Shown here one piece after another: positions 8,811-17,645 of a DNA stretch of 20,000 bases. The notes under the pieces were generated by a model. That model was given only the letters and a program-made list of their open reading frames with translations, was not told the DNA's origin and did no database searches. Numbering within the stretch: position 1 is the first letter of the stretch; each line of letters begins with the position of its first letter. The stretch is from an uncultured virus (IMG/VR IMGVR_UViG_3300014073_000002) (Duplodnaviria > Heunggongvirae > Uroviricota > Caudoviricetes): positions 61,218 through 81,217 of the IMG/VR virus record IMGVR_UViG_3300014073_000002; one strand, 5' to 3'. Position numbers and translations under genes: made by a program.

Positions 8811-10295
8811 ATGTCAAAAAATGCCCTTTTTAATGCCCTTTATCAAACAGGTGATGAGCGCAATTTAAAAATGCCTGATGGCACAATGCAAAATGATCAT
8901 TGCATTGCAAATATCGGGCACCTACAAGGCCAATCTAGACAGATTCCAGCAATTCTTTGCGATAGTGCTGGATCTTCAAACTGGTCTGTATTCAATGTTG
9001 TTAATGCTGATCGTACTGATCAAGTTGCCGTAGCTGGTGCTGTGAGTGAAGATCAAGCCCAACGGCTTGTAAAGCGCTATTTATTGCCGTTAATGAATGG
9101 GAGTTTACACAGCTCTCAATCATTAACTGATATCGGTATGAAGCGCTTCCTTGATAGCGCACAGATCCCATCAAACACTCAGTATTTATTGAAAGATGAT
9201 GCCGAGCATTTCAATACCCGAGTCACCAAAGAGCAACCCATTTGGGATGAGTGCTCAATTAAATCTCACGGCGGTAATTTTGCTCAGTTCATGTTTGATA
9301 TTGTGCAAAATGATGCCTATGCAGAGTTATTTGACTCGGTAACACCGAAACAGATTGCCGAAATCTTGATTGATGAGCAATGTGAAGTGGCTATTCATGA
9401 CGCCATGGTGATTCAATATCGAGAATTTGACAAAGTAATTGATAAAATTGCGAAGCAGCTGCAAGCCATAAGTGACAAAACCTTTTATGTTGAAGAAGTT
9501 ACAAAACTAAAGCCATTTAAGCGCCTCGGGGTCGCAAACGTAGCTGCAGTATTTACGATGTCTGACACTCAAACAATTACTGTAATTCTCAATAATCCCG
9601 ACTCTACACCATCCAAACTTTCACAAGATGATGTTCTCACATCATGGAAATGGATGTTAAACCGCCGTGATGTTACAGCTGCTCTACAACCTCGCGCCGT
9701 AGACTCTAAAAAATTCAATTTGATTGCTCAGCGCATGATGAAATTACTTGTAAGTACTCATCCTCGCTATATCCGCGCACAAGCCGAAAAATTACGTATT
9801 CAGCAAGAATTTGATAATGCAAACGAAGCTTTATCGACTGCACAAGATACTTTGGCTTCGTTAGATCAACAAATTGCCGACCAACAAAAGTTAATTGATG
9901 AGCATGCTCAGCAACAACAAGAAAAGTTTGAAAACACACTGGCCGTAGAAAACGGTCAAGCCGAAGGGGGTTTAGCTGGTGTTTTATCCGATGAAGGTAA
10001 TGAACCAAATCAGCAAGAAGCTGAACCCGTCGATAATACTGAAGGTGATCCAACAACTGATGAAAGTACCGCTTTAATAGATCCGGTTGTTGTTCCAGAG
10101 GATCCAAAGCCTGAGGTTAATCCAGATCAAGAATTCTTAGCAGGTGTTATCGATGGCACTGTAAACCTTGCTGAAGATGAGTCAGGCGCAAAACTTGAAG
10201 AAATTGGTGAGCGATTAAGCGAAGACTTAACAGATCTATTTAACCAAGCCGCTGAAGCATACGCTCAGTTTGCTATTGAAAACGCTTCAAAATAA
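8811..10295 (+). CDS. darA: DarA-like defence-against-restriction internal head protein
   Basis: DarA_N-type motif KPFKRLGVANVAAVF..D.QTI...NPD.TP.KL...D.L.SWKWMLN.RDVT; coiled coil; acidic linker; DarA_C-type end (DQEFLAGVIDG…LFNQAAEAY). Confidence 0.8.
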   Translation: MSKNALFNALYQTGDERNLKMPDGTMQNDHCIANIGHLQGQSRQIPAILCDSAGSSNWSVFNVVNADRTDQVAVAGAVSEDQAQRLVKRYLLPLMNGSLHSSQSLTDIGMKRFLDSAQIPSNTQYLLKDDAEHFNTRVTKEQPIWDECSIKSHGGNFAQFMFDIVQNDAYAELFDSVTPKQIAEILIDEQCEVAIHDAMVIQYREFDKVIDKIAKQLQAISDKTFYVEEVTKLKPFKRLGVANVAAVFTMSDTQTITVILNNPDSTPSKLSQDDVLTSWKWMLNRRDVTAALQPRAVDSKKFNLIAQRMMKLLVSTHPRYIRAQAEKLRIQQEFDNANEALSTAQDTLASLDQQIADQQKLIDEHAQQQQEKFENTLAVENGQAEGGLAGVLSDEGNEPNQQEAEPVDNTEGDPTTDESTALIDPVVVPEDPKPEVNPDQEFLAGVIDGTVNLAEDESGAKLEEIGERLSEDLTDLFNQAAEAYAQFAIENASK

Positions 10296-10306
10296 GGGAA
10301 AGTAAA

Positions 10307-13300
10307 ATGTTGACGATGTTAGAAAAAATCAAACTTTCCCGTGAAAGTATTCAATTAGTTGCTCAGTTGAAAGAAGACGAATTATCGCCTCTTGAAAAGG
10401 TAAAAATATCTCGTCGAGTTAATGAAATTACAGTTTTGCTTGGTGGTGTAATTTCTTCGGAAGAACCTGAACCTGAAGCTGAACCAAATATTATTGATGA
10501 AGGTGATGGCCTATCGAGTGTAACAACATCGGAAAATTATCGTTGGAAAGATACCGCCGTGATTGCTGGTGCTCGTAAATTCCTAACCCAAACTTTTGAT
10601 GAAGCGAAAAAAGAAGGCCGAAATATTGTTATTGGTGATATTGATTGGGATGAACTCAATAAAGACGATCGTCTAGCTCAAGCACTAATCAACAAAAAAA
10701 ATGTGTTTGGTGTGGTTGATTGGAACCAATTGCGTGATGATGGAATGCCGTCGGAAGTCGCTTATTTAATTAAACGCGTTTATGACGCCGTTGCGAAACA
10801 ACCCGTTGTTCCAACCAATGCTGAAAGCCGTAAAAACTATGTTTTAGCTATTTCAAATCTACGTGAGCGTCTTGAAAAATGCCGTAAATATGAACAAGTT
10901 CAAAAAATAATTGTTGATATTAGCTATGAAATTGAAAATCCTAAAGGCTTAGTCAAATATTACGATAAATCAGCTTTTGCTGAGGTTATGAATTTCGATA
11001 AATGGGAAACACGGGTAATTTCAGAGCTTGGGCAAAAATTTTACTCTTGGATTTTTAACACTGGTAACTCTGCTCTACAAGAAGCCAGAACCGGGCGCGT
11101 ACCTCGTACATATCAGCAATCAAAAGGCTTAGAGTGGGCTTGGCTTGATAAAGAGCCAAAATTAACTGATGAAGAAGGCAAACCAAAAAAACCTAAGGCC
11201 CCGAGTTTTCAACTTGAAGCAGCTGCAGACATTGAACGTGTTGGCGGCCCAGCTGTACAGGTAAGATCGTCAAAAGAGCTTGAACAACTCTGTAATTTCC
11301 GTGGTATTCAATCAGGCAACTGGGTATTAAAAGATAAGTCGAGTGCTGAGTTTCATATGCAAGCGACCGCTGAGGCTATGATTGATATGTCCGACGTTCT
11401 CGGCATTGATGTCAAAAATCTCGGTCTAAACGGCAATTTAGCTTTAGCTTTCGGTGCGCGTGGTAAAAGTGGGGCTTTAGCTCATTATGAACCAAGCGCC
11501 AAAGTCATTAACATCACTAAAATGAAAGGGGGAGGCTCCTTAGGTCATGAGTACTTCCATGCACTTGATAACTTAATCAATGATTTATCAACTCAGAAAG
11601 TTGGTGCATTGGGCTTTTTTGGTACACGTGACTATGCAAAGATTGAAGATAAAGAGCTTTCTGAAGCATTCAAAAACTTAACGTATGCTTTACGCTTCCA
11701 TAAAAACCGACTTGTCCATAAAAATAAGTATAAGGATTTATCAAAAGAGCCTGATGAGTTTGATTTATCTAACTATGCTTCATTGGGTAAAGAATTTGCT
11801 AAAGATATGGGTTTAGACCCTGAAGCACCATTTGAACAGCCTTTGAGTATTGTTGTTGAAAAATTCAAAGCATGGTTTGATGCGCTTAAAGCAAAGTCGA
11901 GAGTATATGTAGATTCTTTTGCCCAACATAAATTAGGCGAATATTTGATTGCTCGCCATTTTATGAAGGGTGATGTTTCTCTTACAGCTGACGGCGGTGT
12001 ACAAATCGCTATAGAGGGTTTTGATTCTCATAGTGATTTTTACAACAAAGCATTACTTTTAGACCAAGGCAAAATGGGCAAATACTGGTCCCAAGAACTT
12101 GAAATGGCAGCGCGTTCTTTCTCTGCTTATTTGCAAGATCGTTTGGCTACTATGGGCCGTAAAAATGACTATTTAGCCTACTCAACACAGGGGGGTAATA
12201 ATCGTGTTGGTGAAGTTGCGTACCCGCAGGGCGTTGAACGTGAAGCTGTGAATGCTGCTTTTGATCAGCTCTTTAATGTAATTAAAGAGAAAAAAATTCT
12301 TGAAACAGCAAGTCAAAATAAAGCATTTATGGATGCATTATTTACGCATGCTTTCCATGATCCTGATTTTGAAATGGTCATAGGTTCTAATGAAAACTTT
12401 CAATTACTTGATGACATTGGTAGATCAGGCTCTAATAATTTCACTGACGATGATCAGCTTGGCGTTAATGACATTCTTGCCCAATCCGCTGCTACTAGCA
12501 TATTAAATCAGGGACAAGAGCCAAATGAGCAACAATTACAGAGTGGTGATTACACTACTGCTAAGTTCAAAATTAATGAATTACATGTTCATATAGAGAA
12601 TCCTGCGGGTAGTGTCCGATCGGGAATAAGTAGCGACGGCGAAACATGGGAAACCAAAATGTTAGCCCATTATGGATTCTTTGCTGACACATTGGGCAAT
12701 GATGGTGATGAAGTAGATGTGTTCGTTGTTCCTGGTACTCAATCGGATTATGCGGGACCTATTTTTGTTGTTCACCAGAATGATGAACATGGTGACTTTG
12801 ATGAACATAAGGTCATTATCGGCGCGAATAGCAAAGCTGAGGCTACTTTACTGTACCAAAATCACTATGATGAAAATTGGTCGGGTATGGGTCATATTGA
12901 ACAGTATAGCTTTGACGAGTTTGTTCAATGGCTTAACCGGGTTACCGAAGATAATAAGCAGTTAAAGGGTATCTATGACAGTTGGTCGCAAGACGGTCAT
13001 TATGAACATGTCATGGTGAGTAAAGTGAACACGGCCAAAGCCCCAAAATTGCAAGAAAGTAGAATTTCTCTAGAAGATCCTATAGTTGTTCTTGAGAATG
13101 GAAGTAAGTACTTCTTAGTTCATGGTATTGAACGTTTAACACTTGCCAAAGAGCGCAAAGAAAGAATGGTACCAGCCATTATTTTTAAAAGTTCAGAAGT
13201 TAGTTGGAGTATGGTCAATGCTGCTATTAAGTTGGCAGGTCATCCCGTTGATCCTGTAGCTTTAGGCGCTCTAATCACCAAACTCAGTGAAGATGAAGCT

Positions 13301-13315
13301 ATGCAGCAGCTTTAA
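10307..13315 (+). CDS. large polyvalent protein (DdrB-like position): LPD1/zincin HExxH + inorganic pyrophosphatase + ParB-like domain
   Basis: LALAFGARG..AHYEP..VINITK..GGGSLGHEYFHALD and YWS..EMAARSF (LPD1); IENPAGSVRSG…HYG…GNDGDEVDVFV…FDEHKV (InPase); PIVV…LVHGIERL (ParB-like). Confidence 0.8.
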   Translation: MLTMLEKIKLSRESIQLVAQLKEDELSPLEKVKISRRVNEITVLLGGVISSEEPEPEAEPNIIDEGDGLSSVTTSENYRWKDTAVIAGARKFLTQTFDEAKKEGRNIVIGDIDWDELNKDDRLAQALINKKNVFGVVDWNQLRDDGMPSEVAYLIKRVYDAVAKQPVVPTNAESRKNYVLAISNLRERLEKCRKYEQVQKIIVDISYEIENPKGLVKYYDKSAFAEVMNFDKWETRVISELGQKFYSWIFNTGNSALQEARTGRVPRTYQQSKGLEWAWLDKEPKLTDEEGKPKKPKAPSFQLEAAADIERVGGPAVQVRSSKELEQLCNFRGIQSGNWVLKDKSSAEFHMQATAEAMIDMSDVLGIDVKNLGLNGNLALAFGARGKSGALAHYEPSAKVINITKMKGGGSLGHEYFHALDNLINDLSTQKVGALGFFGTRDYAKIEDKELSEAFKNLTYALRFHKNRLVHKNKYKDLSKEPDEFDLSNYASLGKEFAKDMGLDPEAPFEQPLSIVVEKFKAWFDALKAKSRVYVDSFAQHKLGEYLIARHFMKGDVSLTADGGVQIAIEGFDSHSDFYNKALLLDQGKMGKYWSQELEMAARSFSAYLQDRLATMGRKNDYLAYSTQGGNNRVGEVAYPQGVEREAVNAAFDQLFNVIKEKKILETASQNKAFMDALFTHAFHDPDFEMVIGSNENFQLLDDIGRSGSNNFTDDDQLGVNDILAQSAATSILNQGQEPNEQQLQSGDYTTAKFKINELHVHIENPAGSVRSGISSDGETWETKMLAHYGFFADTLGNDGDEVDVFVVPGTQSDYAGPIFVVHQNDEHGDFDEHKVIIGANSKAEATLLYQNHYDENWSGMGHIEQYSFDEFVQWLNRVTEDNKQLKGIYDSWSQDGHYEHVMVSKVNTAKAPKLQESRISLEDPIVVLENGSKYFLVHGIERLTLAKERKERMVPAIIFKSSEVSWSMVNAAIKLAGHPVDPVALGALITKLSEDEAMQQL

Positions 13316-13322
13316 ACGAATG

Positions 13323-13347
13323 AAGCCCTCAATTTGAGGGCTTTTTT
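13323..13347 (+). terminator. intrinsic terminator closing the phage operon
   Basis: AAGCCCTCA-att-TGAGGGCTT followed by a T tract, between convergent genes. Confidence 0.85.
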
Positions 13348-13362
13348 AATACTTGTTTATGC

Positions 13363-13746
13363 TCACTTAGATTTTTTATATATCCAAAAACCATAGGACG
13401 CTAATGCGATAACTAAAGATATTATAATTTGACCATTATTTGTTCCGTAGAAAGGCATTTCTAGTGTTTTTTCAAAAGTTTGTAATGCTTTTTCATTCAG
13501 TATCGGTCGATACCAAAAAATTGAAGTAGGAATGGCAACGGTAAACAGAACAGTAAAAATACTGTTAAACCCTATTGAAAGTAAACCGATCAACACTATA
13601 AAAACGCTAAATTTTAGGCCAACGAGTAAAGCAACGGGATTGCTCAAAATAAAAGAATCTTGAAAAAATTGAGCAATTGAATATATTACCGCGATAGCTA
13701 ATAGACCAAAAATAATAAGGCCCAAAGGTATACCGTTTTTTCCCAT
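13363..13746 (-). CDS. hypothetical multi-pass membrane protein
   Basis: About four hydrophobic segments; likely start ATG 13746 (MGKNG…) with GGA upstream. Confidence 0.65.
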   Translation of the reverse strand: MGKNGIPLGLIIFGLLAIAVIYSIAQFFQDSFILSNPVALLVGLKFSVFIVLIGLLSIGFNSIFTVLFTVAIPTSIFWYRPILNEKALQTFEKTLEMPFYGTNNGQIIISLVIALASYGFWIYKKSK

Positions 13747-13846
13747 ATGTTTATCCAAAATTAAAATAAGCTGATGTTTTTTGAACAATATAGATATAAG
13801 TAGAATATATTGCACTGACAAAATATGACATTTAACTATATGTTTT

Positions 13847-15142
13847 TTAGTTGTTTATTAGCGGTAGACCTTCCAAACTGAAATAATTTTGTGTTTTGTA
13901 TTGTTGATTCATTGACCAATTTCTATCTGGCAAAACACAGCTACCAATTCCAATTTTTTTCTTGCCAAAACGGTCGGTAATTTTATCAAAAGCTTTCATT
14001 ATGTTTTCTTGTTGTTCTATAAAATCAAGATCTACAAGCAAATCATGAATATAGCCAGTCTTTGGCTCTAACGCCGTGAGTAATACACCGCATTTTTTGA
14101 ATGCAATATCATCTTTGAAAAGTTTTGGTAGCGTATGCATTGCAGCTTTTACCAAAATAATCGCGCTATCCGTGGGGACTGGTAAACCGACAGCAGCCGT
14201 GCTTCTGAAAAATTTTACATTTTCATCGAACGGGTTTGAATGTGCAAAAGTTGTTATTGCTCCACAAAGCAAACCTTGTTTTCTGAGTCTACGCACTGCT
14301 ATTTGAGTGTAGAGCGAAATTGCTTCGCCCAGATCATCTATATTCATCACTGGTCGACCGAAAGCCCTAGAACAAATGATTTGCTTCTGATCTGGTTTAG
14401 TGTGTTCTAGCTCAATGCATGCCGTTCCTTGTAACTCCAAAACAGTACGTTTTACTACGACTGAGAACAATTGTTGTATATGTTGCGGGTTTGCATTTAC
14501 AGCTAAGTCATAAACTGTATTAAAACCAAGTGTACGCAACTTCTTGGCATGCTGTGAGCCGATACCCCAAACCTCTTCGATAGGTATACTTTGATATATA
14601 GCCTCAAGATTAGTTAAATCTATATCTAGTAAATTGCATATGCCTTTGTAATGCTTATTTTTTTTAGCGATAAAGTTGGCAAGCTTTGCCTCTGTTTTGG
14701 AGCGTCCAATTCCGATGCAGATGGGCAAACCAAGATATTGATAGACTCGGTTTTTCATTATTCTTGTGTAGTCTGTTAGATCATATAAATTTTGGAAGGT
14801 TGTTAAATCAAGAAAACATTCATCGATTGAATAAATTTCTGTTTCTTTGTCGCCTACAAATTCGGCTAACACATTCATAAAACGGCGAGACATTTCAGCG
14901 TAAACAGGAAAATTACTCGAATGAACAATTACATTATGTTCTTTGATAATGTCTTTTAATTTGAAGAGTGGAACCCCCATTTTTATGCCAATTTTTTTGG
15001 CCTCATCTGAACGACTTATTGCACATCCGTCATTATTACTTAATATAATCAAAGGTTTACCCATTAACTTAGGGTTAAAAACTCTCTCACAACTGCAGTA
15101 TGCGTTGTTGATATCAGCGAGAGCGTAGACCTTTTTTTCCAT
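13847..15142 (-). CDS. umuC: Y-family DNA polymerase V subunit UmuC
   Basis: ALADINNAYCSCERVF, LSNNDGC and YSIDECF motifs; C-terminal W.M tail. Confidence 0.95.
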   Translation of the reverse strand: MEKKVYALADINNAYCSCERVFNPKLMGKPLIILSNNDGCAISRSDEAKKIGIKMGVPLFKLKDIIKEHNVIVHSSNFPVYAEMSRRFMNVLAEFVGDKETEIYSIDECFLDLTTFQNLYDLTDYTRIMKNRVYQYLGLPICIGIGRSKTEAKLANFIAKKNKHYKGICNLLDIDLTNLEAIYQSIPIEEVWGIGSQHAKKLRTLGFNTVYDLAVNANPQHIQQLFSVVVKRTVLELQGTACIELEHTKPDQKQIICSRAFGRPVMNIDDLGEAISLYTQIAVRRLRKQGLLCGAITTFAHSNPFDENVKFFRSTAAVGLPVPTDSAIILVKAAMHTLPKLFKDDIAFKKCGVLLTALEPKTGYIHDLLVDLDFIEQQENIMKAFDKITDRFGKKKIGIGSCVLPDRNWSMNQQYKTQNYFSLEGLPLINN

Positions 15143-15149
15143 GATAAAA

Positions 15150-15172
15150 CTTGATTACGTAACATATTCAAG
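15150..15172. promoter_or_regulatory. Acinetobacter UmuDAb-type DNA-damage operator
   Basis: CTTGA-TTAC-GTAAC-ATAT-TCAAG matches the TTGA-N4-GT(A/T)AC-N4-TCAA palindrome; its TTGA lies 8 bp upstream of the umuC ATG. Confidence 0.8.
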
Positions 15173-15225
15173 TGAATCGTAAGGAGTGTCTTTGAAGATT
15201 TCAAATTAAGCCGACAAGCGGCAAT

Positions 15226-15252
15226 AAAAAAGGCCCTCAACATGAGGGCCTT
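15226..15252 (-). terminator. intrinsic terminator after the immunity gene
   Basis: AAGGCCCTCA-aca-TGAGGGCCTT with an A tract on the + strand (U tract on -). Confidence 0.8.
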
Positions 15253-15265
15253 AATTGCATTTTCT

Positions 15266-15958
15266 TTACTGTTCAAAAAAAGAATCAGGAATAGTAGCTT
15301 CAGGAATTGAACCCAGCTCTATCAAAGCAATAGAATTTTCTTGTACTTTCTTTTTTAAGTCGTCAGTTTCAGAAGCCCAATTTTCATCAAAAACAAGAAT
15401 AGTTCCCTTGTTGTATTCGTTATCTATATCTACTTTTTTATATAAATGCGGTAGATAGTCAGCCGCAACATCTAAAGAGACATAGCAAATCGAAGTAGTC
15501 GGTAAACGATGTTCAAATACATTAATATCTCTAAAGAATTTATAATTTACATATAGATATTCAATTTTTAAATTCTTTAATAACACTTCAAAAATTTGAA
15601 CAATTTGATCAGCAGTTAGAACCTTTTGAAATGTCATTACTAGGGTAAAGCTTCTAAAGCTTAAACTAGCAGAGTCAATATTTTCCTCTAGGCCATTCCA
15701 TAATGAAAAGCTTTCAAATTGGTCTGCACTCTTTTTATTAAATAGATATTTGAATCCTTGTTCTGAAGGGATTTTATATTCTAAAGGTGCTTCAGGAGCA
15801 GTTTCATCATAATTATTGACATACCAATTCGCAAAAATTGGATCAATAACAGAAATTTCATTTACTATATTTTCTAGTGTTTTTAATTGCGCTTCAATGT
15901 CAGCTGAAGACTTTCCTAACTCTTTTGGTAGGCGTGTACTAAGGACAAACTCTCTCAT
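15266..15958 (-). CDS. Imm52-family immunity protein (TsiT-like)
   Basis: IDPIFANW, SLWNG, VFEHRLP and KGTILV motifs; lies directly downstream of the REase toxin; ATG 15958 (alternative TTG 15970). Confidence 0.75.
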   Translation of the reverse strand: MREFVLSTRLPKELGKSSADIEAQLKTLENIVNEISVIDPIFANWYVNNYDETAPEAPLEYKIPSEQGFKYLFNKKSADQFESFSLWNGLEENIDSASLSFRSFTLVMTFQKVLTADQIVQIFEVLLKNLKIEYLYVNYKFFRDINVFEHRLPTTSICYVSLDVAADYLPHLYKKVDIDNEYNKGTILVFDENWASETDDLKKKVQENSIALIELGSIPEATIPDSFFEQ

Positions 15959-15972
15959 TTTAATATCCAAAT

Positions 15973-16611
15973 TTATAAAGGCATAAAAATTGTGTGAATC
16001 ATATTTGCGATACGTTCATCAAAAAAGTCTTTCGTTTCTTTTTCATAAAAATACCAGTTTAACTTAGCAGTCTTTAACGTTAGGACAACCGCTCTTTGGC
16101 TTGCAGCTTCTTTAATCATAAGGTCAAAAACATTATTTCTAATGAATACTTTCATTTTAGGATCTAGAAATTGTGCATAACGTCCTTTCGCTTCGACCAG
16201 AATACATTCCATCGGCCATAACCCATCAAAAGAAACACCACCAACCACCCATTCTTGTACCTTTGTCGTTTCCTTCTTATTTCCGGGTTTTAAAAAGGGC
16301 TCAGATGTTCTAAAGGTTAAAGGATAGCTAGATAAGTTAGCGATTTTGAACTGATATTGTGTATTAATTTCATTACCCATCGAACGTTCAATTTCGTGCT
16401 TATTGCCTAATTGATAGGGTTCACATTTATTACAACGCTGTTGTTTTGTTATATCTTTACTAACTTCTTTAGCCAGAACAATGGTCGCCATCCCTTTAGC
16501 TGCTTCAGTCGCAATAACTCTACCACCTTGAGCCGCGACAACTTCCCCCGCAGCGGGTGCAGCAGTTCTCGCACCAGCCATAGCAACACCACGCAAAATT
16601 AACGGCCACAT
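15973..16611 (-). CDS. Tox-REase-5 nuclease T6SS effector (TseT-like)
   Basis: Ala-rich N-terminus; CxxCxP; YQ…EW..GGVSFDGLW..C.LVEAKGRY PD-(D/E)xK core; Q…LNWYF.E. Confidence 0.85.
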   Translation of the reverse strand: MWPLILRGVAMAGARTAAPAAGEVVAAQGGRVIATEAAKGMATIVLAKEVSKDITKQQRCNKCEPYQLGNKHEIERSMGNEINTQYQFKIANLSSYPLTFRTSEPFLKPGNKKETTKVQEWVVGGVSFDGLWPMECILVEAKGRYAQFLDPKMKVFIRNNVFDLMIKEAASQRAVVLTLKTAKLNWYFYEKETKDFFDERIANMIHTIFMPL

Positions 16612-16613
16612 GC

Positions 16614-16958
16614 TTAATTCCCCTTCAGCTCGTAATATTCAAAAGTCGATATAAGATCTTTACCGCGAATATTGGAGCTATAAATAAATTCTTGAATACC
16701 AGGATCATCAAGCACACCTTTTCGCATGATAGTGTTCCATATGATCAGCTGACAAATGACTTCATTGTCAGTCAATAAAAGAGAGACTAATAAATCAAAA
16801 GTTTTGTATATCTCAGGCTTTAGTTGATCGTAATTAACTGAATAGGCTCTGAAAGAATCCTTTTTCTCAACCAAGTATCGATAGATTTTTTCACAGAGTT
16901 CTTCTCTATCTTTTACTTTTTCAAGGCTATCAATTTGATTTTTCTCTAACTTAATCAT
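16614..16958 (-). CDS. small protein between adaptor and effector (putative co-chaperone, co-TecT position)
   Basis: 114 aa; overlaps the DUF4123 stop; call rests on position only. Confidence 0.5.
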   Translation of the reverse strand: MIKLEKNQIDSLEKVKDREELCEKIYRYLVEKKDSFRAYSVNYDQLKPEIYKTFDLLVSLLLTDNEVICQLIIWNTIMRKGVLDDPGIQEFIYSSNIRGKDLISTFEYYELKGN

Positions 16959-17448
16959 TGTATTTCAACTCATAGCTTAAATCGTTGAGCATAAAAGAAA
17001 TGGACTCAAAGCCTTCAAGCAATTGCTTTTTTTGTTCACTGGTAAAGATGAGGGAGAGGCGATTTAACACACGTGGATCGTAATAACGAAGAATACCTAT
17101 TCCGCCGTCATCGAGTTCAATATAGAGCTTTTCTAGAAGCTTATTTTTCAATTGTTTAATGTCTAATTTACTTTTAATCAAAATCATTGAATCCTTGGAT
17201 TTCATGAGCTTAATTTGGCTTTCAACTTGCTTTAGGTTTAACTGACTTAAATCGAACAATATGGGGCCATATTGGTAGGCTTCTTCTTCATATGTACCTT
17301 GAAATAGGTAGAAGCAATCGCCGTACAGGTCTTCTAAATTTGATATATGGCCGTGGTCGATCTGTGCGCCATCTACAAGCAAAAATAATTGTCCATCTTT
17401 ATGATGATTAGCAATAAAACTTTCTAAATTTTGATTCTTAAAACTCAT
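16951..17448 (-). CDS. DUF4123 T6SS effector adaptor/chaperone
   Basis: FLLVDGAQ, GPILFDL and LRYYDPRVL motifs; ATG 17448 coupled (ATGA) to the upstream ORF. Confidence 0.85.
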   Translation of the reverse strand: MSFKNQNLESFIANHHKDGQLFLLVDGAQIDHGHISNLEDLYGDCFYLFQGTYEEEAYQYGPILFDLSQLNLKQVESQIKLMKSKDSMILIKSKLDIKQLKNKLLEKLYIELDDGGIGILRYYDPRVLNRLSLIFTSEQKKQLLEGFESISFMLNDLSYELKYND

Positions 17449-17645
17449 CTTCTTACAATCCCTGCACCTTCTTTGGCCGCTTTCACAAGGCATTCAATAC
17501 AAATAGGTTGGGGAAGTGCAATCTGAGGCATTTGTACTTGAGCACCGGGCTTAAAAAGATGCTGACCTGCTTTAACCTCGAATTTAGACGGCGTAATAAC
17601 AGTAATACCGCTTTTATTGATAATGATCTGTGAACCACCAGCCAT
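17445..17645 (-). CDS. stand-alone VgrG C-terminal stub (end of DUF2345 plus CxxC adaptor-binding tail)
   Basis: AGGSQIIINKSGITVITPSKFEVKAGQHLF resembles the Acinetobacter VgrG C-terminus; tail CIECLVKAAKEGAGIVRR; in-frame stop two codons upstream of the ATG. Confidence 0.75.
   Translation of the reverse strand: MAGGSQIIINKSGITVITPSKFEVKAGQHLFKPGAQVQMPQIALPQPICIECLVKAAKEGAGIVRR

Larger units (their letters stand above)
1..13347 (+). mobile_element. P1-like prophage/phage-plasmid structural and anti-restriction region (continues beyond the left edge)
   Basis: Co-oriented, tightly coupled ORFs resembling P1 Hdf, DarA, BplA, BplB, Tub, portal and a gpV spike; ends at an intrinsic terminator. 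Confidence 0.85.

Noticed and set aside
9715..10107. Antisense or overlapping short ORFs (e.g. 88-333, 2220-2627, 9715-10107, 12717-12965, 14076-15458, 17483-17734, 19709-19972)
   Set aside because: They shadow well-supported genes and show no recognisable motifs
13828..13846. ATTTAACTATAT as a pdif XerD half-site
   Set aside because: Imperfect match with no XerC arm at 6-bp spacing
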